Shown here: positions 1-10,293 of the stretch, in pieces | Position numbering within the stretch: the stretch's first letter is position 1 | Layout: every line of letters starts with the position of its first letter | Assembly (NCBI GenBank): GCA_963799485.1 | Contig: CAWCXJ010000003.1 | Location: forward strand, 1-52,597 | Direction of reading: 5' to 3' | DNA length: 52,597 nucleotides | DNA from: an uncultured Trueperaceae bacterium | Lineage (GTDB): Bacteria > Deinococcota > Deinococci > Deinococcales > Trueperaceae | Made by a program: the position numbers and the translations under genes | The notes under the pieces: generated by a model | The model's input: the letters and a program-made list of their open reading frames with translations, nothing else | Told to the model about the DNA's origin: nothing | Databases searched by the model: none

Positions 1-196
1 TTCGGCGGCGCGGTACGCAGCACGGGCGAAAGGACAGAGCGCCGCCCGGCCTGTGAGTTTGCAAACGACCCGCGGAACGTCTCAACTTCGGTACGTGTAC
101 CCCGTGTATTGACCCAGTACGTCACGAGCCGGTAGCTTCCAAGTTCGGGCGTAACGCGGTGGCGCAAACTCGACGTCGGTGCTGAGTTGCAACGTC

Positions 197-643
197 TCAC
201 CCGGACAGACGACCGGCGGGATACTTTTGTACCCGTGAATGGTGTAACCGCCGAACGGCAACACCAGACCCGCGAACAGAATGTAAAGCCCCAGTAAGGC
301 GGCAGAGGCTGCCCATCAGCAGAATATAGGCATAGGTGCGCTTTCTCATCAGCCTCCCCACAGTTTCTTCAGACGACCAGCCCCGCGCCGCCGGCGACGA
401 GGGCCGTGAGAAAGATGCCCATGTATTTATTGATGGTGCCCTGGTATGCGGTGACGGTCGCGGCGACCTCTTCAAGTTTTTGTTCAGCTTGCTGAGCTGC
501 CCCTGTAAGCTCTTACGGAACTCTTCACGGTCACGGCGGTTGCCGAGCGTCACGGTGTCGAGATGGCTCAGCTTAGTGCAAGCTCTCAGCTGCGTTTTAA
601 GCTGAGAGAGTTCGTTTAGTGCGTCTTCGGGCACGTCACTCAT
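197..643 (-). CDS. Small coiled-coil protein, probably frameshifted; possible holin/lysis accessory
   Basis: An alternate frame ends in a hydrophobic tail (YMGIFLTALVAGGAGLVV); lysis-region position. Confidence 0.35.
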   Translation of the reverse strand: MSDVPEDALNELSQLKTQLRACTKLSHLDTVTLGNRRDREEFRKSLQGQLSKLNKNLKRSPRPSPHTRAPSINTWASFSRPSSPAARGWSSEETVGRLMRKRTYAYILLMGSLCRLTGALHSVRGSGVAVRRLHHSRVQKYPAGRLSG

Positions 644-650
644 CCGACTT

Positions 651-1052
651 TCAGGGATGACATCGACAACACCCCGTAGGCGCTTTGCGCCGTACCGTAC
701 TCAGTTCGGCGCTTTCGGAACGGTCGGTGATCCCTACCATCGTCAAACCGACCCAGCCGCTCGAGGCGTTTTCGGATGCTATTCGTAGACATGTGCCATA
801 ATCCGGTCCCTCGGGAGAACTCAGTCGCCAGAATCCCGCCGCGCTGCGCTCAGCCCCCACTAGTGCGGTGCTGACGACGCTATCGGCTCGTAAGCGCACA
901 TCGGCGTAGGCAATAGGCGCGGGCGCGGTCACAATTACGTCACCGGACAATGAGACAAACATCTCGGTTTCGCCCTGCACGAGCGTTGCGGTCGGGGCGC
1001 ATGCGGCTAAAAGTAGGGCTAAGGCGAATAACGGGCTGAATGGTCTACGCAT
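651..1052 (-). CDS. Lipoprotein (possible spanin-like lysis accessory)
   Basis: Signal peptide with lipobox LLLAAC; C-terminus may be frameshifted. Confidence 0.55.
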   Translation of the reverse strand: MRRPFSPLFALALLLAACAPTATLVQGETEMFVSLSGDVIVTAPAPIAYADVRLRADSVVSTALVGAERSAAGFWRLSSPEGPDYGTCLRIASENASSGWVGLTMVGITDRSESAELSTVRRKAPTGCCRCHP

Positions 1053-1362
1053 GGTCTACCTCTGGAAGCTCAACGGTCTGATTTGCTAGGTAATGGGTGC
1101 AGTCGCCCAAAAATTGGATTTGACCGTCACGAACGAAGCTGTGACAAATAAAACATGTGCCGTCCTTATAATTAACCCGAAGCAGCACCGAGGGGCTAAG
1201 TGTTGGCTTTTCGTAATCGCCGTTGAACTCCCAACCCTCCGTCTGATTCGCCGTCCGCACTGAAACACCATGAGGCTCATCGCACCCCGGGCACCAAAAG
1301 CTAAGCCCAGCGAGAGGCCCAGCGATGCTGGAAACCTGCCGGGCTTTGACCTTAGCCGTCAT
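1045..1362 (-). CDS. DUF6527-like phage protein
   Basis: Motifs FWCPGC..H, WEFNG...PTLSPSVL, CHSFVRDGQIQFLGDCTH. Confidence 0.75.
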   Translation of the reverse strand: MTAKVKARQVSSIAGPLAGLSFWCPGCDEPHGVSVRTANQTEGWEFNGDYEKPTLSPSVLLRVNYKDGTCFICHSFVRDGQIQFLGDCTHYLANQTVELPEVDHA

Positions 1363-2116
1363 TTCGTCGCCGCCGTTGTGACTACAGGGTTGGTCACTTT
1401 TTCGGTCTGCTTTTTCTCCCAGGCATCGCCAGCCGCTGCCAGCTCTTGTTCGGTAAGCGCTCGGCGTGCGTCGATCAGGTTTTTAACGTATTCATACCCG
1501 TGTTTGTCGTAAATCTCTTTCACCGCCCCAGCCGCAAGGTTGAACGGCGGCGGCAGCATCTTACCGGCGTAAATTAAATTTTTAAGCGCTGTATCTGCAA
1601 TGGCAATACCTGCTTTGCGTTCTGGCTTGCGTAGCCCGGTCTCCTGATAGCGGTTTTTTTCGTGCGCGCCGACGGCGATGCCGAGCGCCCCCAGCGTGGA
1701 CAGGGCCGCGAGTAGCGCGCCTTCAATACCATTTACCCCGGTCGTCTCGGCAAGCCCGAAGTAGCCGCCTACACCTGCCGTGAGCGCCGAGATGAGCCCG
1801 GCGACGAGTTGCGTTTTACGCCCCTTCAGCCAGCTCGAGCTCAACTTTAACCCGTTCGTCCCGAAAAAAGTGACCAGCCCGCCGAGCAGCCCGAACAGCG
1901 TGGTTATGAATGCAGGCGACGAGAACACCGTGCCGACACTCGCCCCGTCCTGCAACTGTCCCGTGCGTGCTGGCGTATGAGCGCCTCGATGCCGGCTTCA
2001 AACGCCGCTGTCGGCACGACCATCGCGTTTTCCGCTACCGGAACTTGTGCGAACGCAACCGAACCAAAAAGAAAGCCCGCGAGCGCGAGCATGACGGCAA
2101 ACCTGATTTTAAGCAT
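1359..2116 (-). CDS. Holin-like membrane protein, split by frameshifts
   Basis: Signal-peptide ORF (2116 start, AGGAGG-like RBS) overlaps ORF 1359-1955 with about three hydrophobic segments. Confidence 0.5.
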
Positions 2117-2124
2117 GATTCCTC

Positions 2125-2445
2125 CTAGATTTTGTCGGCGATAATTTTCAACGTGCCATAGGCCAGCGTCACGACCTCACCGTTCGGGCCGGTCCCTCGC
2201 GCTTCATAGGTGTAGCTGCCCTTTAGAGCTGCGGTGTCGGCAGGGTCAAAGTCGACGCTAAAGCTGTTTTCGGCAACCGTAAGGCCGTTGCTGTTGGTTT
2301 TCTCGAGTACGCGCTCCCGGCCCTTAAACAGCACGAACAAAACGGTGTAACCCGTGAGGGCTACACCTGAGACGTTAAAGACGATCCGCTTGGAGTCGCC
2401 AGAAAAGAATTCACCATTGTTCGGCGGCAAGTCGGCTTTCGACAT
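2125..2445 (-). CDS. BppU-N-like virion/baseplate protein
   Basis: GDSKRIVFNV...DTAALKGSYTYEA...TLAYGTLKI pattern; ATG at 2445 overlaps the upstream TAA. Confidence 0.55.
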   Translation of the reverse strand: MSKADLPPNNGEFFSGDSKRIVFNVSGVALTGYTVLFVLFKGRERVLEKTNSNGLTVAENSFSVDFDPADTAALKGSYTYEARGTGPNGEVVTLAYGTLKIIADKI

Positions 2446-2854
2446 TACGCGTTGGGAGGCATGGTGATAGAAAAGCCGGTGATGGAAAAGTGCCCCTCTG
2501 AACGAAGTTAATGTTATCGATCTCAAGATCGCCGCCGCCGCCGGTCGCCGTCACCGAGCCCTGCAAAACTTCGCCCGCGTCGTTCGTCAGGCGAAAAAAC
2601 GCCACCGTACCGCTCGCATCGATACTCAAATCCTCCCAGGTGCCGACCTTGCCGACGCTCCCGCCGCTGGCAGTGCCGAACCCCGGTGCGGGCAGGGTGA
2701 CGCCCGCCAAAAGCGGTTGCCCCGAAAGCGCGGTGTTTGCAGTAGCAGGTTCAGCGCCGCCGTAAAGGTTGATGGTGTCGACGCCGACATCGAACAGGTC
2801 GGCGAAAGCTTGGACGAGAGTGTTTTGCAGCAGGGTGTTTAATTTAAGTGCCAT
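2445..2854 (-). CDS. Conserved phage structural protein (1-nt frameshift near 3' end)
   Basis: LYGGAEPATAN...GTVAFFRL...QGSV..GGGDL pattern; adding one T to a T-run near 2487 restores the ending ITGFSITMPPNA*. Confidence 0.6.
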
Positions 2855-2884
2855 TGTGTGACCTCCAGGGTCAGGTGAAAAGGG

Positions 2885-5800
2885 TTAGACGTTGACTGTC
2901 AAGGTCAGGTCAACGCTGACGGTGACGGTATAAACAGGTTGGACGGCTACCGACATGCTGATGCGGGGGTAGCCCTCACGGTTGAACGCGGGAGGCGTGA
3001 CGGTTGCCGACGCCGCCCCGACCAGCGCAGGCAGCTGTGCGCTAAGCGACCCCGTGGCCTCCGGAACAGTCGCCGCGCCGGTAGCGCCGCCTGTGAGCGC
3101 GGGCAGCGTCCCGTCTAGCTGTCCGGCATAGCCTGCCGTGCCGACGGTTGCGGTGCTGCTACCTGTGAAAGGTGGTAATGAACCGGAGGCTGTCCCGGTG
3201 ATGACCGGGGGTGCGCTTGCCGCTGTACCTAAAGTCGACAGCGCCGGGAGTGTAGCAGAAGCCTCACCGCTGAACGTGGGCGCGGTCGTACTTGCCGATC
3301 CGCTGCCCTGAAGCGCAGGAAGCGTCAGCGACCCGTAAGCGCCGCTCTCAGGTGGGGACGCGCGCGCGTCGGCGGTGCCGGACAACGCCGGAAGGTCGCC
3401 GCCGCCCGAACCGGTAAAGTGCGGCGCGGTTATGCTCGCCCCGCCGCTCCCGGCAAGCGACGGCAATGTGCCCGAGCCCACGCCCCCAAATTCAGGCGGC
3501 GCATTTGTTGCCGTACTCGAGCTGACCAGCCCCGGCATGACGCCGCCGCCGGTTGCACTGTACTGCGGCACGTCACTCTGTCCGGCCCCGCTCCCGGTCA
3601 AAGCGGGCAAACTTGCAGCCCCGGCTCCGCTGAACTCCGGCACTGCCGCAACTGCGCTACTTTGCCCGGTCAGACCCGGCAGGGTTGCATTTGCCGCCCC
3701 GCTGTAAGCCGGTACGTTGCTAGCCCCCTGCGCCAAGCCTTGCAACGCCGGTAGGTTCGCGTTTGCTGCGCCGCTGAACTGCGGAGCCGTCCCGGTTGCG
3801 GTTCCCGTTCCCAACAGCGCAGGCAAAGCGGCCGACCCCGACGGCGGTGTAACTTGGTTTGGTCGCCGCCCCTGTGCCCCCGCCGGTAAAAGCAGGAAGG
3901 AATCCGCTGAGATTGCCCGTGACCGGCGGTGTACTTCCCACCTCGGCAATTCTGATGAGTTTGACCGAATCGGTCGCGTCGAAACTCAGCGTGTCGGTTG
4001 TGACGGCCGCCCCAGGTGCGGTCTGCGTCCAGTCGTCAAAAACGCTGAGGGTCTTTTCCGCAGCCAGCTTCGAGCGTCACGTTCTGCGGTGCGACAGGTT
4101 CAGCCGCTTTCGTATCGGGGTGCATCCGGCGTTTTTCAATCCAGACGGCGAGGTAGCGCGAGCCGTCGCGTTTTTCAAACAGCGTACTTTGAACGTCGGC
4201 AGTTGCCCCGCTCAACCGGTAGCCGAGCGTGCCGGGGCTGTAGCTCGCGCCCGCGTCGCCCAGCACCGCCAGAAAGTTCTTCAGGTAGGTGTACACAAGC
4301 TTCGGGTTGAGGTTGATGTCAAGAATACCGAAGGTCTGCTGCTGCTCGCTCGTACCGCGTGCGTGGTCGAGCAAGTCGTAAATGACCAGCACGTTGCGGA
4401 AGCCCGGCGTTCCACCACACCAAAAACTGTCGCAAGGTGTAGTCGGCGTAAAGGCCTGCATCGTAGGCCAGTTCAAACGACGAATACCCGCCCTCGGTCG
4501 CCGCGTAGGGGCCACCGGGTTTGGTCAGGTCTTGCATTTGGTCGATGTGGTAACCCCTGACCGAGCCGTAAGCGTCGTTGTACGAGAGGTCACCCGCGAA
4601 CGTCGTAAAGCCGGGGTTCCGGGCCGCACCGTAAGGGTGCGAGTTGCCCGAGTCTACCCACTGTGACTGGTCGCCGTAGTCCTGGAAAAAGGTCGTCTCA
4701 CCGCTCCCGGCGAACGCAGGGCCGAGATGTTTGATGTGCGCAAAAGCGGGTCGCTGCGAAGGTCGTATTCGGTGTCCCGGACAAGCTCTTGCAAGTAGGT
4801 CACGTATTCAGCGTGTTTTGCGCCCCCGACCGCGACGTTCGCCACGCTGAAATAACCGTCGGCCTGACTTGCCCGACGCTTTTCTGCCGGGAACAAGTTG
4901 GGTTCGTTGGGCTGCTCGACGAACACCACGTTCTCCGGCCCCAGCTCGTTCAAGAAGTCAGGGAGTTTGTAGGGCAGCGCTTGTGTGCCCTGATGATACG
5001 GGTCGCTCCCCGGTGTGCCGTCGGGGTTGTACTGGTTCGGCACGAGCCCCGAACGCGGGTTGATGCTCACGCCCAGCTTGATGCCTGCCGCCGCCATCTC
5101 TTTGGCCTTAGCGATGCTGTCGGCAGAGTTCCACACCGCCCGGTAGAGCTTGATGTTGGAGTCAACGAGGCGCTGCTTGACCGTAGGCCAGTTGTTGATG
5201 TACTCGGCCCACTCGGTATGCCCTGCAATACCCACAGCCTCGGTAAACGCTTTGGCGCTCCCGGCCTGAACCTCAGGCAGCACAACCGGTAGCGGCGTGT
5301 CGGACGGCGCTTCGCCCAGCGTGATACCTTTCGCCGCAACCTCGGACACTACCGCGTTGTACGCCTCGGTAAACTCGGCGTCCGTAAGGTCGTGGTCATA
5401 AAAACGCCGCGCAGCCACAATGCCCTTGAAGGGTAACGACCCGTTGACGTGCCGGAACAGGTAGGCGTCCTCGACGTTGAAGGTGAACCCGCTCGTGGTG
5501 GCAAAGTCGGCAAACGTGGTGTTGACCTGCTGCCGGATGCGTGCGCCGTCCTTACGCACCGCGAAGTACGAACCACTGATTCGCCGCATAAGTCGGGCCG
5601 GTCGGCGTGCGAAAACTACCGTCCGAGCGCTTTTGGTCGTACCGGGTCGTACCGTCGGCCTGCAACTTCACGGTGCTGTTGTCGGCGCAGGTAAACAGAA
5701 TCGCGTCTTGAAGCGCGTCGGCAGCGATTACGTAGATGTCACAGAACGCGTTGACCTGGTACGGGGCGCGGTCGCCTACTACGAACGCGTCGGCGGGGTT

Positions 5801-5968
5801 GCGTAACCCCTGCGTCGTCCAGGTCGGGTCACGGGTGTAGTCGGTGGTGCTCGTACCGAGCCGCATGTCCCAGCCGTTCCCGCTGAGGTCAAGCAAGGTC
5901 TGGTCTTGGTCGGCTGGCCTGTTGAAGTCGTAAAGAACGGTAGGCAGGACGGGTACGGGTGTCGTCAT
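2885..5968 (-). CDS. ~1,030-aa adsorption/spike protein: LamG-like domain, GH-A clan glycoside hydrolase, Gly/Ala/Thr repeats; broken by several frameshifts
   Basis: ORFs 5552-5968, 4654-5589, 4319-4537, 4036-4515, 3720-3941 and 2885-3949 join by frame changes; NEPN acid/base and ATEGGY nucleophile motifs. Confidence 0.65.
2990..3920 (-). repeat. About 12 degenerate ~26-aa coding repeats (LPALxG core)
   Basis: Recurrent LPAL/LPGL/LPSL-x-G units in the translation. Confidence 0.8.
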
Positions 5969-6309
5969 ACTTGGACGTTGGGGGGTGTCCCGGTCAAGGT
6001 TGAAGCGGCGACGGGGGGTTGCACGCGGGCATGACGGGTCGTGGTGACGCTCGGCGCTGTAGCTGAGGAAGATAGCGCGGCAACGGGGATAGCAAAAGCC
6101 TTGTTCGCTGTTACCGCTGTGCCCGGTGCGTCTTTGCCCGCCGTCGCCACACCCCACGACGCGCCGGGGCAGAGTTCTGTCACCGTTCCAGGGAGATTAA
6201 GCTGAAACACCCGTCCGTAAAAATCCGCTGCGTCAAAACCTGCGACCGTCAGCGCGATATTGCCTAGACCCATTCCTTCAGGACTCTTAATCGTGACTGA
6301 AAGTGACAC
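5965..6309 (-). CDS. Hypothetical virion-associated protein
   Basis: Abuts both neighbours. Confidence 0.5.
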   Translation of the reverse strand: MSLSVTIKSPEGMGLGNIALTVAGFDAADFYGRVFQLNLPGTVTELCPGASWGVATAGKDAPGTAVTANKAFAIPVAALSSSATAPSVTTTRHARVQPPVAASTLTGTPPNVQV

Positions 6310-6801
6310 CTAGAGACTCGCCCGGAACGCGTCTATATTCCAACCCACAGGGTCAATTTTTCGAGGCGCGCTAATCTCTCGATGTGTCAATACCCGCTGT
6401 GCCGGGATTTCATAGCGTATCATCAGCCCTTGCACAAGCCAACGCGTTACCTCGAGCTGCTTTTCGCCGTAGACCTCATCATTTTTGTTGTGCGACTCGA
6501 GCCCTATCCCGATGCTGTAGGCGTTCAGGCCGTTCCAGAACGTCTCGCCCTCTGCCCACTCACTTTTACCGGCGTGCCACGCTACCGCGCTGTCTGGGAC
6601 GAGTTGAAAAACACGCCCATCTTTTGACACGTAGTAGGAGTAACTCACACCCACACCGGGCCGCTGCAAATACGCGACTTCATTGTCAGCGGTCGCGCCT
6701 TCGGGTAGGCCGGAGCCGTGCAGGATTATCAGTTGCGGTGGCGACTTTCGTTTTTCGCCGTAGTTTGAAGTGTGCGTGAGGGCGTAGCTGATTAACTCCA
6801 C
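6310..6801 (-). CDS. Endolysin, N-acetylmuramoyl-L-alanine amidase (Amidase_2)
   Basis: IILHGS, AWHAG, SIGIGLE, THREIS..RKIDP zinc-amidase motifs; probable GTG start at 6801. Confidence 0.9.
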   Translation of the reverse strand: MELISYALTHTSNYGEKRKSPPQLIILHGSGLPEGATADNEVAYLQRPGVGVSYSYYVSKDGRVFQLVPDSAVAWHAGKSEWAEGETFWNGLNAYSIGIGLESHNKNDEVYGEKQLEVTRWLVQGLMIRYEIPAQRVLTHREISAPRKIDPVGWNIDAFRASL

Positions 6802-8606
6802 GTCACCAATCCCTGTGTACGCGCTTCGCGGAGCGCCATGCCAACACACCAACCGATGTCATCGCCCCGGCTCGTGATATTTTCCGGCGTGCCCCATTCG
6901 CGCTGTGAAAACTTTACGTGTTCGCCCGTGGCAAACATTAGCGAGGGGCCGACCACATCGCCCCAGGTCTTTTTGTTTGCCTCAAAATACCTTTCGCCAT
7001 CGCTACCTTTTACGACAGGACGCGTGACGAGAACGCGGGTGTAACCCCCGTGCCGCGCCTTGAAGCGGAACTTATGAACCTGCCCCTCGGCATCTTTGCC
7101 ATCTACAAACCGTTCGGCGATGGGGCAGTGGGTGTTCCAGCCAAGCGTATCGTTCCAGTTTTCTTCGTCAATGCAGCGGTACTGAAGGGGTTGCGGTTGC
7201 ACCCCGGCGTACTGCGTGTTTGCCAACTTGCGCTGAAAATCGTCAGTGGCAAACATCCCCAGGCCATAAACGCCGACCTCCATTAAAAGGGTTTGTAACA
7301 GCTTGACATATACTAGAGGCTGGTATCCGTCCTCTTTCGATGCGCCCGGCGTCATGCCCAAAACGTTGTACGCCCAGGTATAGGATTTTAGCGTTTGACC
7401 GTTTACGTCCTGTTCGACGTCGGCAATCTCATTCTCGAGCATGATGGTCATACGCGCTACCCGGTCATCGCACTGCTTTACCCGGTCGGCTGCTTTGGCG
7501 GGCAGGATGCCTTTGATTTTGTCGCCCATCTCTTTGTGAAGCTTAGCTACTACCCGCTCGTAAATGGCGGGGTGCGCCTCGGCAATTCGGCCCTGCTGCC
7601 ACATATATTTCATGATGCACACGAACGGGTGAATCACCCGGTCGGTGTAGCCCATCAGGTCGCCTCTACCCAGCAGCGCTTGAAGCAGCTCGAGCCGCAA
7701 GACAACCTCGAGGCTGTCCTCGGCTATCGTCGCAAAGTCTTTAGCCCCCGAACGCAACATCTCGAAGAACCTGTAGGCCATCCCGCCGACCGTGCCCGTC
7801 AACAGGTTCAGTTCCTTGTCGTTGCGAATGGTAGCGAGACCGTTTGCCGTACTGTTGAGCGCCTCCATACCCTTCCAGTTTGAGCGCGGTCGCCACAGGC
7901 TGATAGTGACGCCCCAGATGGTCGCGGTATCCCAAATCAGGTTTTTACGCAGCTGAATGAACAGCCGCTTCGATTCAGTGATGTGCCAGTCTGTACCAAA
8001 AACCCGCCCTATCAGCTCCAACATGAACAGGTACGCGCCCACACTCCGGCCTACCTGCTGCATCGTCGCGGCGGTGACGGCGTTGTTGACCGCACCCAGG
8101 TTGCCCGCGTGCAACGTCTTCACGTCGGGCCACGCCTCTTTCGCGTTCGCGGCGACCATTTTCCCGACAGCCGTCAGCAGCAGAAGCAGCGCGCCGGAAA
8201 ACGCGGTGAGGCTGAACTTTTCGTCCGGCACGAGCGACGACCCCACCAGAGCCGGGACGGGCGGCTTCTCGGCCTCGGCTTTCAGCTCGAGTCCCCGCTC
8301 CCAGTAGGCCGTTTCGCGCTCGATGATGGCGACTTTTTCAGCCACGGTGTTGCGAAAACTCGCCAGCGCCTGTGTCTCGGCGTCTTTCGCCTGCGCCAGA
8401 GCGGCCTCGGCCTGTACCACGGTCGCGTAGGCAGCCTTGAGCGCGTCGAAGGCGACCTGTTCACTCACCGCTTCCGTACCGCCCTGTTCGGGCCACGGCA
8501 CACCGGCAGCCAGCGCCTTTTTACGAGCGGCCTGTTGCGGCGCGTTGGCAGCGTCGATCCGGGCTTTTCCGCCCGTCCATTCCTGATTTAGTTCGGCTTC
8601 GGTCAT
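6792..8606 (-). CDS. 604-aa protein, coiled-coil N-terminus plus predicted all-helical domain
   Basis: AGGAG RBS before ATG 8606; weak similarity to the C-terminal half of 14128-16959. Confidence 0.7.
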   Translation of the reverse strand: MTEAELNQEWTGGKARIDAANAPQQAARKKALAAGVPWPEQGGTEAVSEQVAFDALKAAYATVVQAEAALAQAKDAETQALASFRNTVAEKVAIIERETAYWERGLELKAEAEKPPVPALVGSSLVPDEKFSLTAFSGALLLLLTAVGKMVAANAKEAWPDVKTLHAGNLGAVNNAVTAATMQQVGRSVGAYLFMLELIGRVFGTDWHITESKRLFIQLRKNLIWDTATIWGVTISLWRPRSNWKGMEALNSTANGLATIRNDKELNLLTGTVGGMAYRFFEMLRSGAKDFATIAEDSLEVVLRLELLQALLGRGDLMGYTDRVIHPFVCIMKYMWQQGRIAEAHPAIYERVVAKLHKEMGDKIKGILPAKAADRVKQCDDRVARMTIMLENEIADVEQDVNGQTLKSYTWAYNVLGMTPGASKEDGYQPLVYVKLLQTLLMEVGVYGLGMFATDDFQRKLANTQYAGVQPQPLQYRCIDEENWNDTLGWNTHCPIAERFVDGKDAEGQVHKFRFKARHGGYTRVLVTRPVVKGSDGERYFEANKKTWGDVVGPSLMFATGEHVKFSQREWGTPENITSRGDDIGWCVGMALREARTQGLVTWS

Positions 8607-8615
8607 GTTACTCCT

Positions 8616-8640
8616 AAAAAAAATCCGCCCGGAGGCGGCG
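8616..8640 (-). terminator. Intrinsic terminator-like hairpin abutting RBS
   Basis: CCGCC-TCCG-GGCGG-A-T8 then AGGAG. Confidence 0.65.
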
Positions 8641-8658
8641 AGAGTCTTGAAAAAGGGC

Positions 8659-8697
8659 TTGACAACTCGTGATGATTCCTGTATACTCAATTCATCA
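8659..8697 (+). promoter_or_regulatory. Consensus sigma70 promoter with overlapping inverted repeat (operator candidate)
   Basis: TTGACA 8659-8664, 17 nt, TATACT 8682-8687; TGATGA 8670-8675 / TCATCA 8692-8697. Confidence 0.85.
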
Positions 8698-8740
8698 AAG
8701 GGCAGAGGCCGAAGGGCAGCCCGAACAGAGGGGGAATGAA

Positions 8741-9019
8741 ATGACTCAGCAGTACGAAACCTACAAAAACGAGGTTCGCAAAGAATTCCTCAAAATGGGC
8801 GAGCAGTACAGGACGGCCCATAAAGAACTCGAGGCGAGAAAGTGGGAACTCGTCGCCGAAGTCAACGCGAGAGAAGGTCGCACCGGTACCAGCAATGAAA
8901 CGCTGGCCAAGGTCATGGAAAGGCTTGAACCAGGCCAGCGCAAACTCGAGGCGCTGGAGCGGCGGATCGCCGCCTTTGAAAACAAGCACTACCACGAACT
9001 CGAGGTGCTCTCATGGTAG
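8741..9019 (+). CDS. Small helical protein, anti-defence candidate
   Basis: GAGGGG RBS; first gene after the strong promoter. Confidence 0.7.
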   Translation: MTQQYETYKNEVRKEFLKMGEQYRTAHKELEARKWELVAEVNAREGRTGTSNETLAKVMERLEPGQRKLEALERRIAAFENKHYHELEVLSW

Positions 9020-9294
9020 GGCTTACCACGAACGAAAATATAGAAGGAGAGTTCGAGCCGATTTCCCCTGAGCGGGTTTTCGAGGTTCTAGAATCCGGGA
9101 GTTACAGTAGCTTCACCTTTACTGAAAGCTGGGGGCACTACCGCATGACGCTCTCGCTGCTTGAAAACGAAAAGTTTTGCTTTTCAGGCCACCACAATTT
9201 TATTTGCGAGCGCCTCCATGCGCTCGAGTTTTTGAAAAAAGAAGGTATTGATTCGAGTATTTCTCACCTGTTCGACTGCTCCGACTATCCCTAG
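9013..9294 (+). CDS. Small acidic protein, anti-defence candidate
   Basis: GAGGTG RBS, overlaps previous gene, Glu/Ser/Phe-rich, lower GC. Confidence 0.65.
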   Translation: MVGLTTNENIEGEFEPISPERVFEVLESGSYSSFTFTESWGHYRMTLSLLENEKFCFSGHHNFICERLHALEFLKKEGIDSSISHLFDCSDYP

Positions 9295-9364
9295 TGCGCC
9301 CGCATCCGCCACAGCTAGACACCCTCAGCCCTGCCCCGGCTTTATAGGGGCAGAAAGAGAAACC

Positions 9365-9649
9365 ATGAAAGAAATCGTTGTTACTCGTCATCCCGCTTTA
9401 GTCGAGTTACTCCGCGAGCGCGGAGTAGTGCAGGGCACGCCCGAAGTCATCAGCCACGCGACACCGGAGGCCGTATCCGGCGCAAGGGTCATCGGGGTTT
9501 TGCCGCTGCACCTGGCGGCACTGGCAGCCGAAGTCGTTAGCGTCAGCGTGAACGTACCCGCTGAACTGCGCGGGTCTGAACTTAGCCTCGAGCAGCTCCG
9601 GGAGTACGCCGGAGAACCCGAGACTTACCGGGTGGAGCGGATTGATTGA
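9365..9649 (+). CDS. csx16: Csx16 (Cas_VVA1548)-like protein, putative cyclic-oligoadenylate ring nuclease
   Basis: Family motifs VTRHP, VIGVLPLHLAA, VPAELRGSELSLEQL; 94 aa. Confidence 0.8.
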   Translation: MKEIVVTRHPALVELLRERGVVQGTPEVISHATPEAVSGARVIGVLPLHLAALAAEVVSVSVNVPAELRGSELSLEQLREYAGEPETYRVERID

Positions 9650-9884
9650 GACTCGATGCTCGTAGTGGCAGCTACGGGCGACCGGACGGGTATGATGCGC
9701 CCCCGGCCTGAAAACACCGCTCACGAAACGGCGACCGCGAAAGCCAGTAGCCGAGCAGCACTGCACGGTGAGCGCGTACCAGTACCGCATCTGGGTAGTA
9801 GAAGGGGACAGCCGGCCTGTAGCGGCCCCCTCACCGAGAAACCATCTACAGGAATTGCTGAGACTGCCATTAGCGACCTTGTAC

Positions 9885-9917
9885 CCCGCACGTCCTCAGC
9901 GCGTGCGGGTTTTTTTG
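9885..9917 (+). terminator. Intrinsic terminator-like hairpin inside the accessory operon
   Basis: CCCGCACG-N9-CGTGCGGG-T7 then GGAGAG RBS. Confidence 0.7.
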
Positions 9918-9924
9918 GAGAGAA

Positions 9925-10293
9925 ATGAAAGAAAAACAGTTCAGACGCATTACCGGGTTCAGGATGCGGCGTGCGAACGTCGTCGGCTACCTGGTCAGGC
10001 CGACCTCTCTTCACAAGCTCTGGAAACTTTTGTGTTCCTACGACTATGCGCCCAGTAGCGCGGCCTCGAGGGTAGAGCGCAGACAGCTCGAGGATGAGCT
10101 GTACGAGTTCGGGCGCTGGAAAAAACGCGCCTATAGCGAGATAGAGGCGCACTCAGGGCGGAGCATCTGGAGCTTCACGCTAGCAGACTTTGCCGCTGCC
10201 GACATCTCGATAGAACGGCGGGCAGGAGATCTCGCGGCACGTATCCTCGACTACGCCCGCCGCGCAGACGTGCGCTCGACGAACCATGCCTAG
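9925..10293 (+). CDS. Hypothetical protein
   Basis: GGAGAG RBS; overlaps next gene. Confidence 0.6.
   Translation: MKEKQFRRITGFRMRRANVVGYLVRPTSLHKLWKLLCSYDYAPSSAASRVERRQLEDELYEFGRWKKRAYSEIEAHSGRSIWSFTLADFAAADISIERRAGDLAARILDYARRADVRSTNHA

Noticed and set aside
1..6000. Many frameshifts as programmed recoding or prophage decay
   Set aside because: They cluster at the window end, those traced fall in homopolymers or CTCGAG sites, and single indels restore the genes; sequencing error is more likely, though reads are needed
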